A stretch of 64,000 bases of DNA from Octopus sinensis (lineage: Eukaryota), in NCBI RefSeq assembly GCF_006345805.1, contig NC_043013.1, positions 22,196,001 through 22,260,000 on the forward strand. Reading direction: 5' to 3'. Under the pieces are notes generated by a model. It saw nothing but the letters and a program-made list of their open reading frames with translations. It did not search any database and had not been told where the DNA came from. The position numbers and the translations under genes were made by a program. Shown piece by piece: positions 51,630-63,760 of this stretch (positions are counted from its first letter, which is position 1; each line of letters opens with the position of its first letter).

Positions 51630-52317
51630 ATGGTGGTGGTGGTGGTGGTAGTTTTACCTTTTATTAATTGAATGTGTTTGTGGGATTTACAAATCTAATC
51701 AATTATGAGGTCCTCCTCATTGTTATGAATGTCGTTGCTGTCGTTGTCATCATCATCATCATCATCATCATCATCAACAACATCATCGAAGTGTTTGGGT
51801 TGCTGCTGTGACTACTACTGCTACTGCTGCTACTGCTGCTGCTGCTGCTGGCAGTTACTGGTAACAATGGCGAAGACGATGATGATGATCATGATAATGA
51901 TGATGGTGGTGGTGGTGGTAGTGGTAAGGCCCTCCTCTCCAATAATGACGCAGAGAATATATATACTCTCTATTATTCCTGTCAGACATTCAAACAGAAA
52001 CGATTCCATTTTGCAGTTTAAAGACTTTCAACGCTTCAAAATGTCCGAACTTTTGCATAAGTTGTCACCATTTTGGTAAGCTAAATATACTTATATCTCT
52101 CTTCAGACATTTCCATTTCTTCTGTGAAGTTAAATTCAATGATTTTCGTTTTGTTTTCAATGCGTTGCATATACTAATAGATTTGTAAAAAGGATAAAAT
52201 TTTAATATAAAAGATTACAAGCGTAATTACGAGGCAAGCATATACCGTGTGATAGTTGGCTTTATTAAAATATTTTCATACTTAAAAGGTGAGGATCAGA
52301 TTAACATACGTGAAAAT
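47100..52317 (+). repeat. About 2.7-kb tandem duplication (about 47100-49600 and 49701-52317) split by 100 N
   Basis: Offsets of 2690-2717 between paired ORF-track entries; copy 1 ends exactly at the gap and copy 2 starts at it. Confidence 0.95.
48443..48470 (+). mobile_element. Helitron 3' end (duplicated at 51129-51156)
   Basis: Hairpin cctgggtaacgccggg followed by CTAG|T. Confidence 0.65.
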
Positions 52318-52446
52318 AAGTTGGAATATTCTGCGATGCATCTTACATGAATAATACAGCATTCATATTCTATCAGTGAGTCTTCATGAACAGCTAACAC
52401 ACACCACACACCCAGATAAATATACACTGCTTACATTTAAATGTAA

Positions 52447-52486
<40 letters not shown>

Positions 52487-52538
52487 TATATATATATTAC
52501 TATATATTATATACATATATATATAATCATATATATAT

Positions 52539-52569
<31 letters not shown>

Positions 52570-52571
<2 letters not shown>

Positions 52572-52697
52572 TCCCTTCTTGTTTTTTTTTCTGTGTCCCT
52601 TTCTGTAGAAGAGCGTAGACTCGAAATGTAAAAGACTTTTTTCTATTGCTGAGCGTTATACTGATACGTCTTTTGTTTTTTTTCGTAAACTCTCCCA
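52570..52697 (+). mobile_element. Short pLTR-family fragment with CTGTAGA hammerhead variant
   Basis: ccttt CTGTAGA A GAGC gtag ACTC GAAA tgta aaaga; flanked by (TA)n. Confidence 0.65.
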
Positions 52698-52733
52698 ATA
52701 TATATATATATATATATATATGCGATCTCTCTC

Positions 52734-52793
<60 letters not shown>

Positions 52794-52794
<1 letters not shown>

Positions 52795-53420
52795 ATAGAG
52801 AACAAGGTGTCATCATTCCACTTTTCCTTTGTACGGCCACACCTCAAATACTGCTGCCCCCTGTGGTCTCCCCATACAAAGCAAAACATCTCAAAAGTTG
52901 AATCACCCCAGAGGGCATTCAATAAACGAATTAAGGGCATGATTGATCTCGATTACTGGAACCGCCTCAAAGCCTTGAAACTCTAGTCTCTCCAGTGCCG
53001 CCGCGAGCGGTACATCATTTGTACGGTGTGGAGAATATACTGCCAGCGTTGCCAAAACGACCTGAACATTAGCTTCAAAATTCATCCAAGGCTGGGACCA
53101 CGGGCCATACGTCCCCTGCCCAATTAAGGATCACAACACATAAATAGACTGCAGCAAAATTTCTTTTCCTCAACAGGCCCTGCCGTGTTTAACATTGTCC
53201 CAAAACTGATCAAAGAGGAAAAGGATCCCATCGACTTTAAACGGATCTGGACAAATTTCTTCAAGGAATTCCAGATAAGCCACCCATACCTGTATACAAC
53301 TCACTCAACAAGAACTCACTACTTGAATGGACCATGATAACACAAAACTTGACTTTAAAAGGATTTAGAAAAGCCTATTAGGTGGTGTATTAAGTTAGAC
53401 ACGGCCTGGACCAATCTCTA
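52794..53420 (+). mobile_element. CR1/L2-type LINE 3' fragment
   Basis: VRPHLKYCCPLWSPHTKQNISKVESPQRAFNKRIKGMIDLDYWNRLKALKL*SLQCRRER matches the CR1-clade post-RT domain. Confidence 0.85.
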
Positions 53421-53706
53421 GTCGAAACGTATCTAAGTTTTATATATATGGGGGTGGTGTATACATACCTGAAAAAGGAGTGGAGGTATAAGATGAAGAT
53501 ATTTACTTCACCAATTGACATCCATATCATAACGACGATCGTTTCGCAGCCTTTATCCTATGGATGTCAATTGGTGGAATAAAAATATTCATTTTCTACC
53601 TCCTCCCTTTCTTCATTCACAAATAAAGAAATTATTTGTCCCCCAATGCGGGATTGAGCACTCATTCCAACGTTCTATATATATATATATATATATATAT
53701 ACATAC

Positions 53707-53757
<51 letters not shown>

Positions 53758-53941
53758 CTATTTAACGTGGATAATATTGCAGGGCTCGTTTTGAGATAGA
53801 GTCTCGTATTAAGGCATGGTTCTAAAAAGCACAGAAGCATCATTACCAGGCGAAAAGAGTACTTGCTACCGATGACGCGCAAATATGCAGAAATCCGAGA
53901 ATCTAGAGAATCCACCACCACAACCGGAGACTTTTCGTCAG

Positions 53942-54533
53942 ATTTGGCATTAGAATGTTTTTCTTTTGCCCTTGTTTATAAGTTGTTTATAAATTTAACC
54001 TTTAATAGTATTTTTTAATATGCTGGCCATTGATAGAATTTTTTTCGGAAAATTTTATCCTATATTAGATGTAAAATTAATAGTGTTCACTTCTGGACTC
54101 TCTCGCTCTAGGAGAGTTTTCAGTCCGATCGCACGGGTCTCGAGGTGTGCTGGAGAATTTCTATTTTGGATATATTTGGGGTACTTAAGTGTGCTCATGA
54201 CTTAGTGTTTGCTTCTTACACGGTATAAGTAAGTATTTCATTTATTTCTTACCGTATTCATCGCTGACGAGGAGAAAAGTCTTATGAATTAACTCTGAAA
54301 TTGGGACCGATATGATAATAACGGAATTTTTTAGAAATTTCTGTCGGCTTACTTCGAGACGCGTGCTTATAGTGATGAATTATATGGTTATTGACGATTT
54401 GTCTATTTTCGGCATATTTGGCATTAGAATTTTTTTGTTTTGCCCTTGTTTATAAATTATTTATAAATTTAACCTTTAGAGGTATTTTTTAATATGCTGG
54501 CCATTGACAAAATTTTTTTCGAAAACTTTTATC

Positions 54534-54541
<8 letters not shown>
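53942..54541 (+). mobile_element. 474-bp unit with 126-bp terminal direct repeat and a decayed hammerhead at 54260-54311
   Basis: 53942-54067 is repeated at 54416-54541; atcg CTGACGA ggag..ctct GAAA ttgg GAC cgat (cleavage triplet mutated). Confidence 0.65.
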
Positions 54542-54593
<52 letters not shown>

Positions 54594-55394
54594 TACATAC
54601 GCACCCCCCACCCCCACCCCATATATATCATCTTTCTAAGTATATGTAATATAAGCCATCAATCAACATAAACTCTGCCGAAAATGTTACTCTATCCTGT
54701 CATTACTGAGTCACTCCGTTGCCTCAATGAGAATTCTAACGACGAATATTATTAAAGTTTAACTAAGAAGTCGACAGAAAACAGTGAATGTGAGAGGTGT
54801 TTCGTCAGCAGATTAAAATAAGCTTGAGGAAAGCATCACAATGACTGTGTCTGTGAAGAAAATAGGGCTAAACCATTTCTTTGACGCGAAAGACGATGGC
54901 TCTATTGTCTAAGCTAGTGCGTGAGATTTACATAGGAAGACCTAAAGCCGTCCAACGAGCTCGGGTGGCGGAAGAAACAAACTCGTTTTTCGTTCTTTAA
55001 CGGACGGCGATGGATCTATGTTTTTGAATTCCATGTACTTGAGTGCAGCATTTTGCGGCACTTTGCTCGATTGTTTGATAAAAATATAGAAGTTGGGTTC
55101 TGTGAAAAACCGATAGCAGCAACTGCGATTAGAGAAACTGTGAGCGGTTGTGCAGGGGTGAATATCACCCGATGGACGAGCTTTGCGTATCCACACCACC
55201 AAGTGGAAACAGGCGGGGAGCACAACTGGTTGTGTGCCATCCTTTTGGGATTTGTAAAGTAAGTAGCAGTCCAGTGTTGGACTTGATCCAATCTACTGGA
55301 CACTGTCCGTTGTGCCTTGTGTCTTTAAATCGATGTTAGATATCAAAATCACACACGATTCATTCAATTCACCTTTGTTTTCGGTTCATTTCAG

Positions 55395-55427
55395 TGCTAT
55401 GGCTATCTCTCGTTCAATACGGTGGAG
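55395..55427 (+). CDS. Candidate 33-nt exon of the PAN-domain gene
   Basis: ttcatttcag| ... GAG|gtaaga; read in phase 1 it gives xLWLSLVQYGG, which joins the PAN exon in frame. Confidence 0.4.
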
Positions 55428-55929
55428 GTAAGAGAAGTCGTTTCCTTTTGAATCTGTAATCTTGTTCTTATTTAATTTGAAATTGAAGTAAATTGGGTTG
55501 TTTTTTTATTAATAAGCTGAAGATTAAGGAGAATAGCAACCACCACAACTACAACCTCCAACATCACCACCACCACCACAACCATAACCGCCACCACCAC
55601 CACCACAACAACAACAACCGCCAACACCATCACCACAACTACAACCTCCAACATCACCACCACCACCACAACTACAACTGCCAACGCCATCACCACCACC
55701 ACAACTACAACCTCCAACATCACCACCACCACCACCACAACTACAACTTCCAACATCACCACCACACCACAACTACAACCTCCAACATCACCACCACCAC
55801 CACCACAACTACAACTGCCAACACCACCATCACCGCCACAACTACAACCGCCAACACCATCGCCATCAGATTAGTGAAATCGATGCTGTTAGTGTTGAAC
55901 CTTTGAGAGTTGAGATAAGTACAAAGTTT

Positions 55930-56930
55930 CAGTGGAAATCAGTTTTGAAGACAAAGGATGAAGCAATATGGTTAATACGGGAATTAGAGGAAATGGATGA
56001 AAGATTACTAGAGGCAACCTTCAGTAGATTGTAGATATTAGTTTGGTTGAGAGCAAGGAACTGGCTCATGGACTCACAGACTGATGATGTCGATGCAGCT
56101 AACGTGTCTCTTAAACAGCTGCAAAATGACTGGTGGAAGATAAATATTCGCAGAAAGGGATTTCTGAACACTGATGGTCTGAGGAGGAAGTGTTGGGGGC
56201 GGAATGGTTATGTTGGGCCTTGGGGTGGATAAACTTTCAAGCGCGTTGGAATTAATAGAAATCCAGTCAGAAAAAGTGCTGTCAGTTCACAGAGCGATCG
56301 CACGTTTTGATTGGTCGCAGTCGATCTCAGAAACAAGAGACAAACGGATCTCATTGGTGGTTACTTTCTCCAGGAGATTTTTGCGCCAAGCAACCGAATG
56401 ATTTGCTGACATGGAAGGTTGAGAATTCACTCATTAGTGACAGGGTTGTCTTTGTCTTTAGCATATCTGGCTTCACAAAAAAAACAAAAAAACACTGGTG
56501 GCTCTTGAGCATGGAAAAGGATCAAGGATGTTGTTATTGGTTGTCTCTATTCCCTCCTTTAAGAAGTTAAAAATGAGTGTGAGACAGGACGATGGTTGGC
56601 AAAGACGGAGGGATTATGCCAGTAGCCTAAGTATCGTGGGGAGAGGGTCAGTCTGCTCCGGGTGGGGCTGCTGGGTTTGTTTTAAAAAGCCTGTATAAAG
56701 GTGGAGGCAGGAAACGACGATACTGCGTTACACTTCTTGACTAGTGGTGATACACAGCTTTGGATGTGAGACAAGTGTGAATTGTGGAAGGACGAGGAAA
56801 GGCATAATGAACCGACGGTCTGTGGTTGTTGCATGGTGATGATTAAAGGTTTGTCAGTCAATGGAATAGCTTTCTCATATATTTCAGTTTCGATGGCTGC
56901 ATCTTCAGGTAACTGCTTAAACAAAAGATT
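55930..56930 (-). mobile_element. Possible degenerate LINE endonuclease-region fragment
   Basis: Broken minus-strand frames with weak APE-like character; not motif-proven. Confidence 0.3.
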
Positions 56931-57054
56931 CTAAGCCAAGTCCTCGGATTAAGTTTTAATATGTTGGATCAACGTCACAAAATGTAAATTCCTTTTCTTT
57001 CTTGAGTCTGAAGCTTTCTCCTAGCAGAAACTAATATTGAGGTGTTCTGATGAC

Positions 57055-57110
57055 ATAAACACACCAACATCGGTTGTCAAGCGATGGTGGGGTGACAAGC
57101 AGACACAGTA

Positions 57111-57153
<43 letters not shown>

Positions 57154-57412
57154 AATTAAGAGAATGAGATAAAAATCCAAGGCTGCAAAGATTTCAGAAC
57201 ATTTATAAATAGGTCTTACAGGTGTTTCCGGGATATTTTATATATCCTTTCATCGGAGACGGGCTTCTTTCAGTTTCCGTCTACCGAAATCACTCACAAG
57301 GCTTTGGTCGGTCTGAGGCTATAGTAGAAGACACTTGCCCAAGGTACCACTCAGTGGGACTGAACCCGGAACCATGTGGTAGGTAAGCAAGCTTCTTACC
57401 ACACAGCCACTC
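57055..57412 (-). mobile_element. SINE family B copy
   Basis: Conserved head (ggagtggctgtgtggtaagaagcttgc on -) and body. Confidence 0.8.
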
Positions 57413-57556
57413 CTTTTGTTTCGATTACTAGAGAGTCATTTTCCTTGATATTACATTCAATAACTATAGAACCGAGTTAAATTTAATTATTTTCATTTTA
57501 TTTTTATTTTCAATTAGTTTTTATTTATTTTTTATTTATTTTTATCAATGCTTCAG

Positions 57557-57811
57557 ATGCAACAATGGTAGCACCGACAGGATGTCCCCTAAAATTCATC
57601 TTCAACATGACTATGGACGACACCGATTTTTATGGTAGTTCATCTGGAAATTTAACAAACTGTATGAAAGTGTGTCAAATGGAAAACACTTGCCTGTCGT
57701 TTAAGGCAGATTTGTTGTTCGAAAATTGTTACTTTTCGACAAGTCCTGCAACCAGTTCCAGACTTATTCCTGCCAATGATTCTATGGTTGCAACAGTTGA
57801 AGGAATTAGGG
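57557..57811 (+). CDS. PAN/Apple-like domain exon of an unnamed, probably secreted protein
   Basis: Long polypyrimidine tract then cttcag|AT ... G|gtaagt; 255 nt, phase 1-1; GCPLKF...NCMKVCQMENTCLSF...NCYFS gives a C..C-x3-C-x5-C..CYF pattern. Confidence 0.8.
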
Positions 57812-58193
57812 GTAAGTCTTTGAAATCAATCTTTGTTTAATAACCCTTCATCTACAGGCACAAGACCTGATGTTTTAGAGGGAGGGGACTTGTCGATTCC
57901 ATCCACCCCAGTGCTCGACTTGTACTTATTTTTATCGTTCCCGACACAGTGAAAGGCAAAGTCGACCTTGCTGGTATGTATTTGAAATCAGAACGCAATG
58001 ACGGACGAGAAGTTGGTAAACATTTTGTCCGGCATCCTTCATCTTTCTTTAATAACGAAATACAGAATATCTTACAAGAGCGTAGCTAGCGTTTGTCGAG
58101 AAAACTGCTGCTTGATGTGTGTGTGTGTGTGTGTGTGTTGTGTGTGTGCGTGTGTGTGTGTGTGGTGTGTGTGCGTGTGTGTGCGTGTGTGTA

Positions 58194-58245
58194 TCCTAAC
58201 TGATGAAGCAGCAGAAAGTGCCGAAACTAACTGCTCAGTATAGGG
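58194..58245 (+). ncRNA. Type I hammerhead-like motif between microsatellites
   Basis: tcctaa CTGATGA a gca-gcagaaag-tgc c GAAA ct-aactgctc-ag TA taggg. Confidence 0.6.
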
Positions 58246-58259
58246 AATTCTCGATCGGT

Positions 58260-58317
<58 letters not shown>

Positions 58318-58994
58318 GTGTGTGTGAGCGTGTGTACGTGTGTGCGTGTGTGCGTGTGTGTGTATGTGTGTGTGTTTTTGTATCTGAAAATGGTGTTAAA
58401 GAAAAAGAAGGAAAGGAAGAAAAGGGAGAGAAAGAAGAAAAAAATTTTGCTGGCTTTTAGTAATGGCAAATGCAGCTGTTTACTCCAAGGGGGGCAAAAT
58501 GTCACTTTTTCAAAAAATTGTCTGGATTTCCTTTTTATCTTTGTCTTGTGAGAGTGTATGTGTGTATATGTGCGTGCGTGTGCGTGAGTGTAAGTGTGTG
58601 TGTGTGTGTGTTTTCTTCTTTCTCTCCCTTATCTTCCTTTCCTTCTTTTTCTTTAACACCTCTTTCAGATACAAACACACACACGTATACACACACACAC
58701 ACATGCTCTCTCTCACTTTCTCCCCATTCATCACCTTCTTGTACTATCTTATATCTCACCCCTCCACTACACACTCAATAATACTATAAAAAGTGTCAAA
58801 ATTCCTGCAAGAATTTAGTCCAGTTTGAAGTCTCAACTAGAATGGACGAAAGCGCCATATATGATATATGATATATGATATGAGATATATGATATATGAT
58901 ATATGATGTAACATACTAATAAATATCTGTAAATATAAAACCATCCGGATTTCTGAGTACCTCATTTCTTCTAATATACATATATATATATATA

Positions 58995-59030
<36 letters not shown>

Positions 59031-59081
59031 TAGAAAGAGAGAGAGGGGAGAGAGGGAAAGAAAGAAAGAGTAGAAAGAGAG

Positions 59082-59112
<31 letters not shown>

Positions 59113-59116
59113 GGGA

Positions 59117-59164
<48 letters not shown>

Positions 59165-59569
59165 GTAGAGTGAAAGAGGGAAAGGTTCTCTCTAATATAC
59201 ATCAACTAATACAGTTTGACCGGTTGATATAGCCGACGCCTCTCCTCACTTGGTATGTCTGCTTTGTAGTTTGTAGGTAACAAAGAAACTCCCTTATTAC
59301 ATTCCCATGTCTAACTATCACGGGGGAAAACCATAAGAGGTTTCTTGGATCACAACAGAAGCAGATCCAAAATACAAAATTTAAACGGTCATCGCTGAGA
59401 ATCTCGTTATAGAAATGGTTTCTTTCGTGAACCTGGTTTATCACCACCAATAATTCTGTCTTGCTTCAAGTAGACACCCAACGTTTGTCAGTCTGTCATC
59501 CATCCCACTACATTACTTGGAAGTCATATGTAGAAATAAGCAGGAGCATGCAAGCTCGTATGCGTGGGT

Positions 59570-59959
59570 GTAGAGGCGCAATGGCCCAGTGGTTAGGGCA
59601 GCGGACTCGCGGTCATAGGATCGCGGTTTCGATTCCCAGACCGGGCGTTGTGAGTGTTTATTGAGCGAAAACACCTAAAGCTCCACGAGGCTCCGGCAGG
59701 GGATGGTGGTGATCCCTGCTGTACTCTTTCACCACAACTCTCTCTCACTCTTACTTCCTGTTTCTGTTGTACCTGTATTTCAAAGGGCCGGCCTTGTCAC
59801 TCTCGTTCACGAACGCTGAATATCCCCGAGAACTACGTTAAGGGTACACGTGTCTGTGGAGTGCTCAGCCACTTACGCGTTAATTTCACGAGCAGGCTGT
59901 TCCGTTGATTCAGATCAACCGGAACCCTCGTCGTCGTAACCGACGGAGTGCTTCCATCC
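59570..59959 (+). mobile_element. SINE with a different tRNA head and middle but the family D 3' tail; 10-bp TSD
   Basis: ATGCGTGGGT at 59560-59569 and 59960-59969; A box tggcccagtgg, B box gtttcgattcc. Confidence 0.88.
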
Positions 59960-60619
59960 ATGCGTGGGTAGTTCACTTCGTAAACAAATGCGCCTGGGTT
60001 CAATACGAGACTGCGAACAAGTGCCGTCTCTAATAATCTGGGATCGACCCAAACTTTCAAGTGAATTGGTAGACGGGAATTATATCAAAGTCCATCGGAA
60101 TGTACCTGTTCAAGGATAGAAAACCTAATTTCCCTGTTTAAGATCACCGTCTTAGATTAGGGTACCTTCAGTGGTGTTTCTTTTACTTAAAAGAATCAAA
60201 TCTCTGATCCTAAGTGAACTTGTTATCTTGAGCGAATGCTTCGTATTGAAGCAACTTATGTGTTGCAATTGCTCCCTGATCCCCCACCTCATCACGCTCG
60301 GTGGCACTGAAAATTTCAAGGACAATGTCCTTCTCTTATCCCCAAGAAATATGTCTTAGAAGGTTGTCGATTCTCCAATGCTATTTACAAGAATCTTACC
60401 ACTATTCTTTAATGTGGCTTCATGATATCGTAATCAAAGTGTGAGAAAAAAGGGTGGGGAAAGAGAGAGAGAGACAGAGACAGAAACAGACGGGGACAGA
60501 TTGAGAGACAGAGAAAGTGAGGGGTTGGTAAAGGGGAAAATAGAAAGAAGAGAGCGGAATTGAAATTGTTCTTTTTCTACAACAAATTGTTGGCCATCAT
60601 TGGTTTCTCCATGTTGCAG

Positions 60620-60747
60620 ATTCCTTTTACTTCTGTAATTACGTAGATATTAATCCCCATCGAACAGAACCAAGGATTTGGGTCCAGTTCAGTGGAAACT
60701 ATTACTCTTTCCCCGCTAAGACGTTTGAGAAAGAACATGGATGTTAG
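60620..60747 (+). CDS. Candidate phase-1 terminal exon of the PAN-domain gene
   Basis: ttgcag|AT; SFYFCNYVDINPHRTEPRIWVQFSGNYYSFPAKTFEKEHGC*; supported only by phase compatibility and non-repetitive composition. Confidence 0.3.
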
Positions 60748-61574
60748 GACATTCAGCCACGGAAAATGCCATGAAATCACATGACTTTGTCTCACACTTT
60801 TATACATCTGTAGTGAATCTTGGATGCATGAAGTGGATTCGATCCACCACAGCCAAATTTAAATTAACACTGCTACAGAGCTTTTCCCACGATGTAACAA
60901 TGGTTTTTTTCTGACAGCAGTATTTACATTTTCCAGATGCCTTTTAGCTAGGCCGAAATAATGTCTTCACCACTTGACCCTTTCTAACCTCTTCTACTTC
61001 ACCAAAAGCTGGAATAGAGATAACAAGACCACCAAGTAAATCCATTGTTCTCAATGATATATCTATCCTTCTGGTTCTATATATAAGCAAGCACATCCCA
61101 AGCAAAAATCAGTTAGTCACCAGTGAGAACGTAGCGTGGCTGATCAGCTAGAACATTAGTGAGAGGAAGGAACGAAGTTTACTGTCAGCAACTTCAAACA
61201 ACACCCTAAAATTCTCTCTAGCTCTAATTCTGTTCTCTTACAACATCATTATATCGCTATCTGTGAATTACTACTACTAAACAATGAAGAGGACACAAAC
61301 ACAAACTTTACTTTGCATGCTTTTGGATTTACCATAACCTTCCCGTCGCGGCAAGGTATTTGTAACGTAACGGTAAATAAATGCTTTCTTAAAAATTCAT
61401 GCATTGTTCATCTTACAACTTGCCGTCATAACAACGAATGTTTATCGTCACACCAACTGACTCCCACATATCATAATATTCTTTACAAATTAATATCTAC
61501 CGTTACACATCTCTAATCACAAAATCTCGAGCAAATTGATTTATTCGTTGCACCGGTGTGTATTTGCGCGCGCA

Positions 61575-61673
<99 letters not shown>

Positions 61674-62142
61674 CGTGTGTGTGCATATAAAGGATTCATA
61701 TTTATCCTTGAATATATATTGTGTATTACTATCATTTACAGATCCTTTCTCTTATTACCTTGTTTACTATATGAACGGGGATTTTCCACGCCATTGTAAT
61801 TTCCGCTCGTTTGCCGGACGATCATTTTACTACCGTAAGTAATAAAACTAACATTTAATTAATTTTAATTCGTTTTTGCTTTCCGTCATTGATTTGGTAA
61901 AAAGAACAGCAACACAATGGTGAGATCGATATAATCGATTTTACATTTTTTCCATTATGACTTCATTAGAAACTAATATATAAGCTTCAACGAAGGCTGT
62001 GGATCAGTAGCGATGATATAAACTCGTGCTGTCTTTGCTAGTGAGTTGTGTCCCTTTATACTCTGAGTTCGAATCTCGCAACGTTGAAATTCAGCGAGAT
62101 TTAAACTCGTCCTCCAGAAATCAATATATATATATATATATA

Positions 62143-63369
62143 TAGGGTACAGTGAATAAATTGTCGTCTAAATTATGCAAAAATGAAAATAACACCAATG
62201 TCTCATTTTAACAGATATATTTACCAAAACTGCATAAAAATATCTTGAAACACTAAAGAGTAAATTTATTCGCGCCCTTCCCCTCCATTGGTCAGTTGAA
62301 GTTTAGACAGTGTCACGTGACAATTAGCTGGTGCTGGCTGCTGGAGCCTACCAGCGAGTATTAAAGGGAAATTTGGCCGGATGGTCAGTCGCCTGCTGAC
62401 ATTCGTTGACGCTGGATCGAAGAAACCAAAGAACAAAAGAAAGAAAGAAGAAACGCACTCAACACCAGAGCTGAAGACACCTCCGAAAGGAGGGGCCCCG
62501 CCACGTCGAAAACGGTAGCGGAATAGGGGCCGAAACTGGACCTGGTTCCTCTTGATGATGCCTTTAGCCATTGGATCATATAAAGGAGCTGTTGAGGTAA
62601 CGAACCACGAAACGTGGTTCGAATTCCTCGCCAGTGGCTTCAGCCACGGCTTCCAGACAACTTCGGAATCTCCTGCAGTTCTTCTGGACAATCTCCTTGT
62701 TTAAATTGGTGAATGCTGCCATAATCCTTGCCTTCAGTTCATCCTTAGTGTTACAAGGAGCTTTGTTGGTCTCTCACTCGACTGCGTCTCACACATAATA
62801 ATCAAGGAGGTGGCTGTGTGGGGAGTTAGGTGGCCAGATGTTAGGGGGTGATGTGGTCGCAGAAATTGTATGACAGCCATGACTGGGTTCTCTTGCTTGT
62901 GTGGCATGGTACAAAGTCCTGTTGCCAGACATAGGGTCTTCCGCAGCCGCCACCTTGACACAGGGCAGCACTACATCCTCCAGGCACTTGATGTAGACCT
63001 CCATGTTGAGTCTGAAGTCGTGTGGGAAGATGGATGGAAGCATAACGTGTGATTACTCCAAACACCATGATGTTGACTGGGTACTTCATTTTTATCGCTC
63101 TCCGTACATGTCTTCAAATTGCACTGTCATCATATTAACACCCAAATTTCTGCAACGTATGTATTGGAGCTTGCGGCGCGAATGCCAAGCGGTACAGCAT
63201 GTCGTCTCCAAATTTCTGGCAGAGTGAATTGCGTCATGGTGCTGTTTTTCTGACAGACGGTACCCAGCTGACCCTACTATACTGTGTAGTCGGACAAAAT
63301 CAAAAACAAAGAATGCGCCTGCGCAAAATTAAAAGCCTAAAATGGCGACAATTTATCCATCGCACCCTG
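62143..63369 (-). mobile_element. Defective DD37D (maT-type) Tc1/mariner transposon
   Basis: TA flanks; imperfect TIRs (t/c)agggt..g(a)ataaattgtcg; WQQD...WPPNSP..LDY with 37 aa between the Asp residues after one frameshift. Confidence 0.85.
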
Positions 63370-63414
63370 TATAATACTAGTCATTTGATAATTACTCAAC
63401 CTATGTAAGAAAAC

Positions 63415-63583
63415 AATGGCTGTGTGTTAAGATGATTGTTTCCCGACCACATGGTTCCGGTTTCAGTCCTACTACGTGATACCATAGGCAAATGTTTTCT
63501 TCTGTAGCCTTGGACCGATTAAAGCTTTGTGATTGGGTAACGGAAACTGAAAGAAGATTATCTTGTGTGTGTGTGTGTGTGTG

Positions 63584-63614
<31 letters not shown>

Positions 63615-63760
63615 GTGTGCGCGCGCGCGCGTGCGTGCGTGTATGCGCGTGGTAACCGCTTGAAAACCGCATGAAAACCGATGCTGGTGTGTTTACGTTC
63701 TCACAGCTCTGCGGTTCGGCAAAAACAAAAATAAAATTATGTGGACAACTTGCTTCGGGA
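63415..63760 (+). mobile_element. SINE family B copy, degenerate
   Basis: Head, ggcaaatgt..ctgtagcc and gaaactgaaagaag segments. Confidence 0.7.

Noticed and set aside
55535-55870. Thr-rich mucin-like frame (TTTSNITTT repeats) upstream of the PAN exon
   Set aside because: It has an internal frameshift, no usable acceptor in frame, and is typical of (CAC/CAA)n compound repeats. RNA-seq could still overturn this.
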